A DNA stretch of 64,000 nucleotides, taken from contig JAQGDQ010000108.1 of NCBI GenBank assembly GCA_030141605.1, forward strand, positions 310,001 through 374,000, read 5' to 3'. Of this stretch, positions 1-13,083 are shown in pieces. The stretch's first letter is position 1; the number at the start of each line of letters is the position of its first letter. A program made the position numbers and the translations under genes. The notes below the pieces were generated by a model. That model did no database searches, was not told where the DNA came from, and worked only from the letters and a program-made list of their open reading frames with translations. This stretch comes from Tubiluchus corallicola (Eukaryota; Animalia; Priapulida).

Positions 1-884
1 TCTCTAGGTGTTTCACCTGCGTGCGATGGGAGTTTCATTTTCGAAACTGAAGTTCACAGAAGCGTTAGTTGAAAATTATTAATCTTTAATCTTAGAAAAC
101 TTTAGTGCCATTGACAACTGAGTGCATTTGAGCAGTAGAATTTCATTTTCGTGCTGTAAATAGTTTTGTATATGTACATATATTTATACACCTATAATGA
201 CATGTTTCCTATTCGTGCAATATATAGTTATTAGTGTTTCTTCATTGTACTCTCTTTCGTTTTACAAGATAAAGCCTTTTTCCAACAAGTTTTATGTTTA
301 TTAGATTTAGTACTTTTCCAATTAAGAGTTCATTTGAAGACCTTAATGACGTCGATTTATGTGGGCACATACACGCGTATTAATAATTTGTTTAATCAGT
401 TCAATCAAGCTATAATCGTGTGAACATAGGTGTAACTTTTGCTTACATAACAAGGCAAATGTACAATAAGTGAGATTTCTCTTCGTTGGAATACCAAGAC
501 AGGAAAGCGGAACAGTTACTAATTACTTAGACTAGTTATATGTACAGGTTACGTGCTAGCTTCCACGTTAATGAGTTACAGGTGCGCAGCTAGAAGCACA
601 GATAATCAATATTATCTTACATTGTATTATTACATATTACATATTATCAATATTGTTGCCTATTGTATCTTACATTTCGTATATAAAACGAGGCAGTTAC
701 AATTGCTTTGAACGGAATTTATGGGTGATTCCAACACTTTTCTATTTTTTCAAAAACACTGACAATCATGAAATTAAATTGGCAGCACTAAAATCCCCCG
801 GGAGTCGTAATCTGACTGAACCGTTTCTTACTGGCATGGGGCCTGACCCGATCGTAATAGCAGTGGCATCTTAGTTTCATATAC

Positions 885-1670
885 AGACTAAATAGAGGAA
901 ATTCCCAGAAAATGAAATTATAAGAAGCGATTTTGACATCTACTCTAGAATTGTTGGACAGAAGCCATCCATTTCTGTAACTTTCTTTTCAAAAATGGCC
1001 GCCACGCAAATCGAAATTGTGCCGATCATGCAATTTTATTAGCTGTTTCACTTAAAGATCTATTATAAAAACAAAAGATATATTACTTTTATTAATTTGA
1101 CCTTTTTGAATCTAACAAAACTGCTAGATTGCTCGATGGGCTCTAGCATTGTACAAGTTTCATATATTTTATGCAAAATTAGTAAGTTTTTTATCATTCT
1201 GCTAGATTATATATGTCAGGAATCCCGCGACCATTTTGTTTTTTTATTAGACTGTTCAGGTCCCATTGCATACTTTTCGGTGACTAGTAGCAGCTAAGTC
1301 GAATTAATAATTTGCTTTTCGTTTTTGTTACACATCTCTAAGTGAAATCAGCATAATTTCATTTTGTGGCAGCCATTTTGAAAACGGCGGCTATTTTTGA
1401 AGTAAAAGCGAAAGAAATGTATTCCTTAGGCCCAAACACCCTAGAATAGACGTTTCATAATTGCCTCTTGATATTTTCTGGGACTATTTGATTCTTTTGA
1501 TTTATATTGTTTGTCCAAAAATATACGTTGTTGATCATTTAATTTTTTGCGTTTTTTGGCCCTTTTCTGCTAACTTTTGAAACTTGCAACAGTTTTTTTC
1601 CGATTCGTCATAGTCAAATTGACGAGACTTGTTGCCCACTTTCAGAAAAAAGGATTCCACTTTTCTGAAT
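885..1670. mobile_element. Decayed non-autonomous DNA element with imperfect inverted arms; family also present at about 28070-28255 and 42480-42760
   Basis: aaatagaggaaattcccagaaaat is inverted relative to attttctgggactattt; a ...cccttt...ttgcaacag...gattc(a/g)...agt-type block recurs in degenerate form at three loci. Confidence 0.5.
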
Positions 1671-1857
1671 ATTTGTCTAGTCTAATACATAAATTACCGC
1701 TGCCACTTACATGCCTCTGTTAAGGTAGTAGTTATCCTAGTAGTACAAAAGAACAACATGCCAATAACATCTTAATTGCTTAATCAGTCATTACGACGAC
1801 TGCTCTGCGTTTGGCTTCAGTAGTTAATTATAGCTAGTCGTTTTTGTTTATCTGCAG

Positions 1858-1967
1858 GTTATCGTAAACTATATGAAGCCAGATTATTACGTCTGTACCA
1901 TAATGCCAGTATTGAAATACACCGGGTTTGCACTGCTGTATGGAGCGCTATTATTAAAGACTTGGAG
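1858..1967 (+). CDS. GPCR exon: ECL1 and TM3 (VIVNYMKPDYYVCTIMPVLKYTGFALLYGALLLKTWR)
   Basis: Acceptor tctgcag, donor gtaatt; KTWR motif of class C TM3. Confidence 0.9.
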
Positions 1968-4900
1968 GTAATTTTCTTAGAATTTGCTTAATGAAAACGT
2001 ATCAACTGCCATAGTCACAGTAACGGCAAATGCAATGTACTGACAAGGATAACTGATAGTACGGTAACTCTGCTTAAACTTTCTTGTTAACGGTACTTGT
2101 AATATTGTTGATATCACTCAGTTCAAAAGCATTTTAACGTGTCAGATGGAGAATGCTTCCGACTCCGAGACTGACTGATCTTGAAATGACACTGATAGAT
2201 CGCTTAATGAGAACACAGAAAAGGGATTCTAGGACCACTAAGGATAAAATTGTTAGCTTAGCTTCTGTCTGGTTTTTCTGTAACTCATCATGTAGCTGTA
2301 CTGAAATTAGACACACTAACTTCTCATAATGAGAAAGAAGACAGGGCGATTTTTCATATACTACCCCATTTTCAAGTCATACATTTTAACACAATTAATA
2401 CGATTAATTTCTGATAATCATATAATAGATTCAAAACTTAGTTAACGGCGGGTGAGCTCCAACTATTGATGACATCACAAACTAACATAACACCAAATGC
2501 ATTCCATGATCGTGTTGTACGTGTTTGCAAAAGTGAAAATTGAAGTACATTCCTACTGTAAGAGATTCAGCGTGTTGTACTAAAACTAGGCAAGTTTTAA
2601 GATAAAAATTCAAATTTACCGCTGTGCTCACGCATGAGTTGTCGAACGTGCGTAGTTCGTCACAAACGAACACATCTGAGGTGAGAGGTGCAGCACCTGC
2701 TTTTTGTGCAATGTGTTTCGGAAATGCAGGCGCTAGTGCCCGATTAACTAGCGAATGGCGAAATGCATGTAACAGCGAAGAACTAGTGGCGCTAACGCGA
2801 AATTGTGTTAATAATTCTTTCACGTAAGTCATTTTTGAAAACAATTGTGTGTTCGTTTCAATATTTTAAAGAGCAGATTGTTTTGACCTACAATTTAAGA
2901 TTGGGTCCCGTTTTATTTTAGTCTAAACTCCAGAAAATCTTTTTTATTTTGCTATGTTAATCCGTAGACGCTTCATTGGCTTTTTGTTTCTGTATCACAC
3001 CCGGCACCAGCAGAATAGATTATATATGCACCTAAACCAAAAATAAAAACTTTCTCCCGAGTAGGTCTACGCCCATGGAGAGTGCTGAAAGTCTTAGTAT
3101 TAGTCAAATAGTCAAAAATACGTAAATGGGCAACCGGCAATGAAATCGCAGAAAAACTTACGGGAAGAAAATCACAATTTTGACTAGAAAATAAGTCACA
3201 GGAAAAAAGTCACAATTAATTTTGTCTAGGATTTGGGTTAGGGTTAGGTGTAGGGTTAAAGTTAGGATTATTTTTTTCCTGCGACTTTTTTCGATGACCT
3301 TTCTCCTGTGACTTTATCTGTGACTTTTTTTACCATGATTTTATTACCTAGATTCATAAAATGTACCTAAAATTGAACAAACTCTGAATTGGTATTAAGC
3401 TTCGTTGATACTTTGTTAGTTTTGGTAGTTCTCGTGACTCCTGTTCTTTTATTTCATCTGGTTTTGCTAACTTGTTATTAACCTGTTCAAATCGCTGGCT
3501 TTGTATTCAAGTTTTTTTGAAGTTCGTTACCAATTGTTTGTCAGTTGGTACGTCACTCAACACTCAATCTAGTTATTTTCGCAGGTAATTGTGATCTGCT
3601 TGTTTTTGAATAATGATATCTGTAGTCGACTATCCTTTGGTATAATTGGTTGTTTTTCATATGTCTTTGGATTTTGGGTCATATCTTGGTAATAACTCAT
3701 GCTGATCATTTCAGCCTACTTTCGTGCCATCATTATATGTTTTATATGTTTTCCGTCGTTTTGTTATACGTTATACGTTAATGTCTACAGCAATGTTGAG
3801 GCCACGGCGAAAGCCATTACTAACATTCTTTGCTGCTGACGAGGAGAAGGCAATCATCATCTAACAGATCAGGCTTTCCTTCTTCAGTAGCCAACCTGAG
3901 CTACATCGAAAAAAGCTTAATTAACACATTAAGCTTTTTCACATCTTCCCACTTGGCCGTTCGTAAGCAGCAAATTTTTTCGCGCCGCGAAATTTCTCAC
4001 ATGGTCAACTCAGGACAACGTCGGACACATCCAAAGAATGCTAGCCAAAAGCAATAAAAATGCGAGCAGGCTATAGAACGGGGGGGGCGCGCTAACACTT
4101 TTACTTAGTGTCAAGCATACCGTCTTGTCCTGTAAGCATGTTATATATGTCACAGGTTAGTCTTAGCATTGTTGTTATTCACATAACGCAGGGCTAACAT
4201 TTTTACTTCAGGATAGCAAAAGTTTTTCGTATCAAGTCGGCAAAAAGGCTGAAAATCACTGACAAAGACTTGGCGAAGAGATTCATACCGATTTTATTAC
4301 CCACATTCTGTTATTTGGGCGTGTGGGTTGCGGCAATTCAGGGAGATCGTGTTGTCGAAGTGACAAATAAGCATGGCTTACGGTACAAAAGTTGTCTAGT
4401 GAACTGGTGGGACCATGGAGCTCTGATAGGTATTCTTTATTAATGTCTAATATCTCCAAATTATTAATCATGGCACGCGTTTTTCTTGCATATCTTAAGC
4501 TGAAATGCTTTTGATTAAAACAAATGCCTCTTTATCCGTATGGACTGCGACAATTAAAACAGCCTTTCTCTAACTCTCTTCACTGTCTTTTTTGGAATGC
4601 TTGAACTGCTTTTATATACTAGCTACTATGCAGGTATAGGTCTAAGAAATAAACAAAAAAACTAAGTAAGTGCACTCTAGGTTGCGACATTTTGTGCAGC
4701 TAAAGCGTGGTGCAAGTTTAGCGAAAAAAAAGGAAGTGAAAATGTATGAACTGGGAATGCATTTTCACAAAGAAAAAAGTTTAAATGTTTAAGTTGTTAA
4801 AACAAACTTAACGCATGCAATCATACAAAACTTAACAGGACTTAACTTATTGTTCGGAAAAATCAATAATTATATAGCAATTACTTATCTGTACTAAAAT

Positions 4901-7900
4901 TATATAAATTTATTATTTGTTATGCGTTTTTTGGCTCTATAGCTATATGGTAATAGCTGTGTTTTGTACTTTTGTATTTTGTTTTTATTTTGTTGTATGT
5001 ATATCATTGTAATGTAATGTAAATGCCAATAATAAGTTCTAATTCTAACAACTGCATGAAAAACTAGACTTTCCGTATAGTTGTAAAGTAACAAACTTGC
5101 ACAAATATGTAATAATATAATGTGACACTCGCTTCAGATCTACTTTTGCCATTTATTTTTGGCACAGCAAATGTTTGGAGGCCTAGATGCTCTAGACAGC
5201 AATTATTTCTGTTAGTTTCATTTTTTTCGAGCCGTTTTCTTTTTTCACGTTAACTAATTAAACTCAGCCATCTGTATTATACTATCACTTTGCACCGTTT
5301 ACATTTTTATGAAAATTTCAGCTCGAAGCCTTTTCTTAATGTGGGGAGTCTACCTGTGCTATGTTATACGAAGAGCGCCATCTAGTTTCAACGAAAGCAG
5401 ATACATATCCATAGCAATATATAACTGTATCAGCACCGGGACATTCGTTGTTATTATTAGGTAAAGTCGCAAAATGGTTAAGACATTTTTCCAATAATGC
5501 ACACTTTTATTACAAGTTTCAATAGTTCAAACTAGGCATTTGTATTTCCACTTACTTTAGCATGTATGCTATTAAAATTCTTGTGACTTTCCAGTGCATG
5601 GTGATCTTATGAAATGCCGAACATCGCATCCACTAAATAAAAAGAAAAAAGAAAAAGAAAAAATGTTAAACAAAATGTAGGTTTAAAGTGCACTATTATG
5701 CAGTGCGCGCTGTACACTAACGAACCACAGTAACATATGACTTCTTAGAACATTATCTGTAAATCATAATCATAAATGTAGGCCCAATAATGTTGGTTTA
5801 CATTTTCTTCGAGTGAACAACACAATTACATCGTCGCCAGTACATGCAAAATAATCAAATCGCTTTTGGTTACTTACGAAGTAACCTATAAAGAGGTCTA
5901 TTTCGTTGATGTTGTTGTTATTCTCGTTCTTGTTCATATGATATGTTGGTCGTAGTTATCACGTAGCTCAGCTCGTAGAGCAGCCGAAATTTGGAACATG
6001 GACTTCATACCTCGAAGCCTGTGCATATCGGGAACAAGACTAGCCGTGCAGCCGCCATAAACCTAATTTTCATGAAACAAAAATTTAGTATCCCCCAGTT
6101 CTTCACACAGGAATCACGCGTAACGTGGCACAAAGTTCCTGCAATGTGTGAGGAGCTAATGCTGGAGCTTTCGTGCGTTTTTATGCGTGCGTGTGTGCCT
6201 TAGTGTGTGCGAAACCGGAAACGTTCGTGCGTGCTGGTTTTCGTGTTTGAGAGCGACAACTGTTACTATGTATTATTTTTCTCTTTATTTCTCTTACGAT
6301 CAAGCGAATATTCCGACACATTCCCATCTCGTTATATACGTATTGCTAAAGCGAGAATTTCTTCATAATTCTCTAAAATATTATTCTGTTATCGTTGTCT
6401 AGCTCAGTAAATACCGGTTAGCAGAATTAAATTCTTGCTACAGGCAAATCTACATGATTTCATTTACTGCCTGTTAACTGAGTCAAAAGGACCCCATATA
6501 TAATGCTGCATAAATAAACATCAGCTAATAAAAACATCAGTTCTAAAAGCACTGGTGCAGCAAAATCATTTTCTGGTAACATCATTACCTTGATCTTGTT
6601 TCTTTATTAGCCTAATTAGTGAGCGATAAGGAGATTTATGTGCATGGGACTGTGCCCTTTTGCACGTAACGTGAGCATTCAAGATAAAGACGTATAATGA
6701 TATAATGAGTATTCATATATATAACCATACAATGAATAGGCGGTTGTTTCGAAACTAATAAAAGATCTCTGCAAATGTCAAGGATATTAGCATACAAGAG
6801 GCACGTATCTGCGTGAGATCCTCCCTTAACTAGTTATTTGGTATGTCAGCCCAAAATGTACCAGCAAACATATATTACTTAACAGTGTTGCCTTCTATGC
6901 TCGTTTGTACATAGTAAATTATAATTATTATGTGTTCCTGATAAGGCAACTTTGATTTACTAAACATCAAGTGCAAATCTTTGTGATTTAGCAATAACAA
7001 TGTATGTATGTATGTATGTAATTTACTGACCAACATAGTTATAATAAGATTACAAATTACAGGGTAGATGTAAAAAGTCAGTCCATAACAAAGCATGTTC
7101 CTTACTACTACATCAGTGACGTCACGTAAATATAATTTGGGTGCATATTTAGCAAAATGAAATGCAAGTAGTATATCACTGAACAAAAATATTTGTTCAT
7201 TTATTCATTACATTAATCAACAGAACGAATATTTAACGGACTCATAAAAAGTTACCGATCTGAGAATTCTTTTCACCTCTTACGTAATTTTTAATTTTAT
7301 GAGTTCTCGTACCATGGAATGCTGGTGATACTTTATATCTAATTTTAGGTTATTCATTGCCACACAAACAGGACCTAGTATGATCTACGTGATGTCGATG
7401 TTAGAACTGCAAATAAAAGTTACTGTAACAATGTGCGTCATTTTCTTCCCAAAGGTAAGATCATTCAGATCTGTGCTCCTATTCATTGCATCATGTATAG
7501 ATAATTATTTGATTCATAGATTTTTGCCTAAGCTTCATAGCACTGGCGGTGCTAGAGAGAGAGCAAAAGAAACGATTGCTCCCCTTGAGTACATTTTTCA
7601 ACATGGTGCCTCTTTAAAATCTCTAGTTGCGGCAAAAGTTGACTACTCCGTCAGCATATTTCAGATTTAGGACCAGCATAACAAAGTCGCAGTTTGAAAA
7701 TCGGTCCCCTTGAAATCCGACTTGGGGATTCGTTTTCAGTAGTCAGTCTTACCGGCAACTTCTCGAAGTTGAAGGAATGATTGGTGTTACAGCCCTGCTT
7801 ATTTTGGATTCAGATGTGTTCAGATTGCAGAAAACCGGTCCCAAATTTTCAAAATTTTCCTGGGAGAAGAACCTCAGACCCCTCCTCTTCGGCTCTCGGC

Positions 7901-9409
7901 ACTTCGGCATTCGCCCGCTCCGCTATAATATACTAAACATTCCATTCTTTGATATCCTGGCGCCCCCTTTCAAAAAATCCTGAACCCGCCCCTGTATCTT
8001 CTGGGTACCATGTGGCGTTCACTACTGCCAAATTTCTATGCCAATGTCCTAAGTGTTTTCATAATTGTTGTCGCAGTTTTATCTAACATATACGGGAAGA
8101 GGAAATGAAGTAAGCAGGATGGCAGGTGATCAGTCTGCAACAACTTCTACCAGATCATCGGATCCGAGCATTCAAACTACACCTTCTCAGGGTAAGCTTT
8201 AGCAGATTCATTCATTAAAGGAGAAGAAAAGGGAATTTAAAAAATTAAGGCTTTCCATACAAAGTTATACTGCTCAGCATTAGGCCTGCATGTTGGAAAG
8301 ACTTACATAATTGGAAAATAAATTTTTAATAATTTAAAATGTTCGCCACACCTTATAAAACAGCAATGCCTCGCCATCCCAATGTGCATCATTGATTCAT
8401 CAAAGAACACATTATTGATCTTATTGACAACTTAAAGTAATTTACACTTTGGCTTATTTACCGTCGAGTGTGTTACAAATGCTCTGATTATTTTTTCAAA
8501 CTTTACGTAATGATCTAAACTTGTTTCAAACGGCTTACAATTAAAATGGCTGCTTCTAGCTGTCATGATGGCATCGCGGGAGTTTAAATTTACAAGTTTT
8601 TTTAAAGCGGTACTGTTAACACAAGCACTGTATGCAATAAGATAGCATATAAGTGGTGTATAATTTCAAGACGATTTTTAAACTTTATTTGTGATGAAGA
8701 GTATTTTGAGCTGTTCTGCACTTTTGTTACAGAAGCATAATATATAGGAGTCTATGTCAAAACGCGTTCAACATTTTTAATACAAACAAGGACTAATTTC
8801 CTAAATTTCACTTTAGCAGCTCATAGTAGCAGCTACTCAGGTAAACGAGGACAGCCAGTACAGTCGACGTGGGAACAGAGTTTGGTAGCCACAGAAACAT
8901 TTGAATCTCAGGTAATAATTTTTAGACACTTGTGAGGAACGCAGATAAATGAACATACCAACTGGAAATAAAAAAATGTTTCATTTTTATTTCATACAGA
9001 GTAAATGTCACAATTTTTTACACTCAGATAAATTCTATCCTATTCTATTCTAAAGCTCTACTCTGCTCTGCTCCACTCTGCTCTGTGCTGCGCTTCTCTT
9101 CTCTTCTCTTCTCTTCTCTTCTCTTCTCTTCTCTTCTCTTCTCTTCTCTTCTCTTCTCTTCTCTTCTCTTCTGTTCCTTTCTGTTCCGTTCCGTCCCGTT
9201 CCTTTCCATTCTATTCTGTTCAACTCTATTACCAAATCTCTTCGTTTTAATAACCTACACTGTTTTTGTTGCTGCAGGTTAAAGCGCTGACACAACAGTT
9301 AAAAAATATGGGCGTTTGCGGAGACTGTATTGAGTCGATATCTCGTTATCTAGAAAACATTAATTCCGAGGAAAACGCCACAAAAACTGCTAAACCGGTC
9401 TTTTATTGA
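1858..9409 (+). CDS. Class C (7tm_3) orphan GPCR, GPR158/GPR179/CG31760-like; 3' part only (TM3 to stop), 7 exons; 5' exons not found in the window
   Basis: Exons 1858-1967, 4212-4429, 5322-5460, 7349-7454, 8077-8191, 8817-8911, 9278-9409 all have AG/GT boundaries and join in phase. Translation includes GFALLYGALLLKTWR-IAKVFRIKSAKRLKITDKDL, CLVNWWDH, LFLMWGVYLCYVIRRAPSSFNESRYISIAIYN and VTVTMCVIFFPKF, which are hallmark class C / GPR158-type motifs. Stop TGA at 9407-9409. Confidence 0.9.
2333..2920. mobile_element. Dispersed ~590-bp MITE-like repeat, copy 1 (Kolobok-like)
   Basis: Clearly homologous to 47878-48485 along its whole length (aaagaagacagg ... gctcacgcatgagtt ... gctagtgcccg ... 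aataattctttcac). Confidence 0.75.
3150..3352. mobile_element. Small MITE-like element: inverted GTCACA/TGTGAC repeats around a degenerate TTAGGG core
   Basis: aagtcacaggaaaaaagtcaca ... gggttagggttaggtgtagggttaaagttagg ... tgtgactttatctgtgacttttt. Confidence 0.5.
4212..4429 (+). CDS. GPCR exon: ICL2, TM4, ECL2 (IAKVFRIKSAK...SCLVNWWDHGALI)
   Basis: ctaac branch-like motif, tttttacttcag acceptor, gtattc donor; phase 2 in, phase 1 out. Confidence 0.9.
5322..5460 (+). CDS. GPCR exon: TM5-TM6 (LFLMWGVYLCYVIRRAPSSFNESRYISIAIYNC...)
   Basis: tttcag acceptor, gtaaag donor; FNESR motif. Confidence 0.9.
7349..7454 (+). CDS. GPCR exon: TM7 ending IFFPK
   Basis: ttttag acceptor, gtaaga donor; overlaps ORF 7380..7670. 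Confidence 0.9.
8077..8191 (+). CDS. GPCR C-tail exon (FYLTYTGRGNEVSRM...)
   Basis: tcgcag acceptor, gtaagc donor; completes PK-F motif in frame. Confidence 0.8.
8817..8911 (+). CDS. GPCR C-tail exon (AAHSSSYSGKRG...ETFESQ); NAGNAG acceptor TAGCAG
   Basis: Phase-compatible with both neighbouring exons; gtaata donor. Confidence 0.7.
9033..9220. repeat. Compound pentanucleotide microsatellite (CTCTG/CTCTT/GTTCC/ATTCT)n
   Basis: Direct reading; explains spurious ORFs 9050..9295 and 9085..9282. Confidence 0.95.
9278..9409 (+). CDS. GPCR terminal coding exon (VKALTQQLKNMG...KPVFY*)
   Basis: gctgcag acceptor; short coiled-coil-like helix in the position where GPR158-type receptors have one; TGA stop. 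Confidence 0.75.
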   Translation, partial: VKALTQQLKNMGVCGDCIESISRYLENINSEENATKTAKPVFY

Positions 9410-9839
9410 ATACGCAGTAAATTATGAATGGTAATAGATAGCTAAAAGCTAATTCGGCACGCCGTGAATTAATTGGAGCTAGATACGTTTACAAGTTGCG
9501 ATGTCTCAGTTAGAGACGTGTTTTATATTAACTGCAACTAATCGTGTAAGGTGACTTACGTGGCTTTGAGGATAGAACAAGCGTGCAAGATGGTTGCAAC
9601 TCAAAGCTGCATATGTGCACTGAAGGAATCTATCAGGGTTTTAGACAAACGGTTAGAAAAACCAAAAGTCTTGCGCCATACAGAAGTGACAGAATTTGAT
9701 GTTTGGTTTATTAAATCACTCACAAAACTGGAAAAGAGTACCGCAAAAACGTTTAAAAACGTTTTCAATAAAATTTATCGTGTCAGTGGTCAGTAAGTAA
9801 AAAAAGCTAGTCGTAATATTGAAGTAAAACGAGTCTTTA

Positions 9840-10380
9840 GTGGTATACAACCATTTGCTGGGGAGTATTTATAGTGAATAATAGTAAAGAACAGTTTATT
9901 ATATCAAGATACTGCTGAAGCAATCGTGAATCTATCATGCCTTCAAAATCTGGATGCCTCGCGCGTCTCGTACAGCCTGCAGTCTTGAGAGGTATGATAT
10001 GAGCATTGAGAAGAACTCAAGATATCTCACAAACTTGTCTATTAACGTCACATTTTTTACAATCTTAGCGTCCCATCTACCTTTTAGGATTGCTCCAGAG
10101 TGATTGGTGGGCTTAAGTACATATAAATTTCTAGGCCATCCAGCATAACAAAAAAATTAATACACGAACCTTCAGAGTTTCAGAAAAATTAATCTCGGAA
10201 GAGAAGGTCCTATTATACTCTCAAGATTGCAGGCTGCTTGAGACGCATAAGAATGTAACACTAACTTTTGAGAGTTGATAGATTACTTATCGTTTCAGCA
10301 ATACTTTGGTGCAATAAATTGTTCTGTACTGTTTGTTACTCGTGTTTTTGCACCCCGTAGCAAAAGAATGGGTACTACCC
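9840..10380. mobile_element. Imperfect inverted-repeat (foldback/MITE) element downstream of the GPCR stop
   Basis: gcgtctcgtacagcctgcagtcttgagag (about 9963) is inverted relative to ctctcaagattgcaggctgcttgagacgc (about 10218); similarity continues outward. Confidence 0.65.
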
Positions 10381-11780
10381 TGTTTTGGCCCTTTTAAAAT
10401 ATTAACTGAAAATGATAGAAAATTGGTAGCTTGTGAAACCAAAATCAGCTATTGATTGTAAAAAGATAAATACTCTATTAACGACAACGACACAAAAACG
10501 GGAAAATTGCAATGAATTTTAACAGCAAGAAAGTGTTAAGTTTTTAAGTTGCAGAATTTTTAAATTAGTTCTTGAGAGACGGTTTCCAAAGGATTTGGCC
10601 TGTGTGACGAAAATGTTCAGAAAGTGACACTGATTTAGATAAAACTTTTTCCATTGTGCATAGCATGGAAAGGTAACATTACAAACATCAGTCAATACAG
10701 AATTTTGTCCGTCCGAAGACTTAGTGATCAGTCTAATTTCAGTTAACCCAAACTAACATCACAATTGTGGATAACTTTTCGTTCTTGCTGTTAACTCTTA
10801 TTTTCGGTTATGGTGTAGCACCTGGGTCTAGTAGGCTCGACTAAACAAATAGGTAAAATAGCATTCCTAAACCAATATTACAATGTGTAATAAAACATTT
10901 GCATGTGTAAAGGATCTGTTATCAGATAAAAAATAAATAATCATTTTACATAGAAGTGCATTTCAACAAAACATCGTACCCAAAGATCTAAAAATCTACT
11001 GTTCTGTAAAATTTAAATGTTAGTTACATCTTATTCAATTTTAACGTTAGGCTGATGATACAGAGAGCAACTCTGTCAAACGCCCCAAAATTTTAATCGA
11101 TGGTTACAATTAAGAGACACCCAAAGAAGCCAAAAAATGCAAAATAAGGCTATATAAGTTTATAACCGAAATGTACATGCCACGAGGATATTTCACCACA
11201 GATTCTATTTTTTGACTCCATAGCCATACCAGCACTGTATGTAGCACCATTTTGAATATGAACAGCCCCGCCAGTTGTTTAAGCTTATAATTTTTGTTTG
11301 CTATTTGTGTTAGATTAGAATTAGTTTGTTATTTTGGCTGTTAGTGTTTCAACAAAGACTTTCTATGCATAAATAAGTAAAATGTTTTAATTTTCTATCA
11401 AAATCACCATTATTTCTTCATTCCCTGTGTTGCTTACATAATTTATTGTTTGTTTAAATTTAGCTTGGCTAAACACCTAAATTTATTACCAGATTAGTAG
11501 TTGTAGTGTTCTTTCTAAATAAATGACTTCCTATACACACATAACTCTGCTGTATTTAATTTCTATTAAAATAACTAGGGCTCGTTCACACCGTTACCTG
11601 GGCAGCTACGTGATGCGTGACCATAGTTTTGCTGTAGAGCCTTCTCTGTATGCATATCTCCTAACATTAACCATCAAGGATTGTATTTACATAACTTAGA
11701 AACAAGAATTCATCAATATTAGAGGAGTGCCGTATTGCATCACTTGCCTTCGCAAATTTGTATTAATTAATTATAATGCC

Positions 11781-13083
11781 AATTAATATTAGCATTACTA
11801 AAACTCTTCACTTCAGTCCTGTTGTCCCATTTATGTCGACTAATATCAGCATTACTAAAACTCTTCACTTCAGTCCTGTTGTCCTATTTATGTCGACTAA
11901 TATCAGCATTACTAAAACTCTTCACTTGAGTCCTGTTGTCCCGTTTATGTCGATTAATATTAGCAACTCTTCACTTGAGTCCTGTTGTCCCGTTTATGTC
12001 AATTAATATTAGCATTACTAAAACTCTTCACTCGAGTCCTGTTGTCCCGTTTATGTCAATTAATATTAGCATTACTAAAACTCTTCACTTGAGTCCTGTT
12101 GTCCCGTTCATGTCGATTAATATCAGCATTACTAAAACTCTTCACTTCAGTCCTGTTGTCCCGTTTATGTCGATTAATATTAGCATTACTAAAACTCTTC
12201 ACTTGAGTCCTGTTGTCCCGTTTATGTCAATTAATGTTAGCATTACTAAAACTCTTCACTTGAGTCCTGTTGTCCCGTTTATGTCAATTAATATTAGCAT
12301 TACTAAAACTCGTCACTTGAGTCCTGTTGTCCCGTTTATGTCAATTAATATTAGCATTACTAAAACTCTTCACTTGAGTCCTGTTGTCCCGTTTATGTCG
12401 ATTAATATTAGCATTACTAAAACTCTTCACTTCAGTCCTGTTGTCCCATTTATGTCGATTAATATTAGCATTACTAAAACTCTTCACTTCAGTCCTGTTG
12501 TCCCGTTTATGTCGATTAATATTAGCATTACTAAAACTCTTCACTTGAGTCCTGTTGTCCCGTTTATGTCGATTAATATTAGCATTACTAAAACTCTTCA
12601 CTTGAGTCCTGTTGTCCCGTTTATGTCGATTAATATTAGCATTACTAAAACTCTTCACTTCAGTCCTGTTGTCCCGTTTATGTCGATTAATATTAGCATT
12701 ACTAAAACTCTTCACTTCAGTCCTGTTGTCCCGTTTATGTCGATTAATATTAGCATTACTAAAACTCTTCACTTCAGTCCTGTTGTCCCATTTATGTCGA
12801 TTAATATTAGCATTACTAAAACTCTTCACTTCAGTCCTGTTGACCCGTTTATGTCGATTAATATTAGCATTACTAAAACTCTTCACTTCAGTCCTGTTGT
12901 CCCGTTTATGTCAATTAATATTAGCATTACTAAAACTCTTCACTTCAGTCCTGTTGTCCCGTTTATGTCGATTAATATTAGCATTACTAAAACTCTTCAC
13001 TTGAGTCCTGTTGTCCCGTTTATGTCAATTAATGTTAGCATTACTAAAACTCTTCACTTGAGTCCTGTTGTCCCGTTTATGTC
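11781..13083. repeat. 57-bp minisatellite, about 23 near-identical copies
   Basis: Unit ATTAATATTAGCATTACTAAAACTCTTCACTT(G/C)AGTCCTGTTGTCCCGTTTATGTC(G/A); one copy near 11965 lacks 8 bp; no spacers. Confidence 0.97.

Noticed and set aside
602-692. Possible GPCR TM1 exon (IINIILHCIITYYILSILLPIVSYISYIKR)
   Set aside because: AT-rich low-complexity sequence, no GT donor, and no TM2 exon found between it and 1858
2482-2844. Conserved protein pair (ORFs 2482..2844 and 48120..48398)
   Set aside because: Similarity comes from two copies of a non-coding dispersed repeat; indels do not preserve frame
5322-5345. Suspected frameshift in the GPCR (LEAF.. versus LFLMWG)
   Set aside because: The preceding exon 4212-4429 ends in phase 1, which gives an open A-R-S-L-F-L-M-W-G frame
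7541-7994. Intact hAT MITE in a GPCR intron
   Set aside because: The right end resembles a CAGGGGCGG terminus, but the left TIR is poor and no TSD matches; only a probable relic
11781-13083. CRISPR array or 409-aa repeat protein
   Set aside because: Head-to-tail repeats without unique spacers, eukaryotic context, no cas genes; the ORFs follow from a stop-free 57-bp unit and one copy is frameshifted
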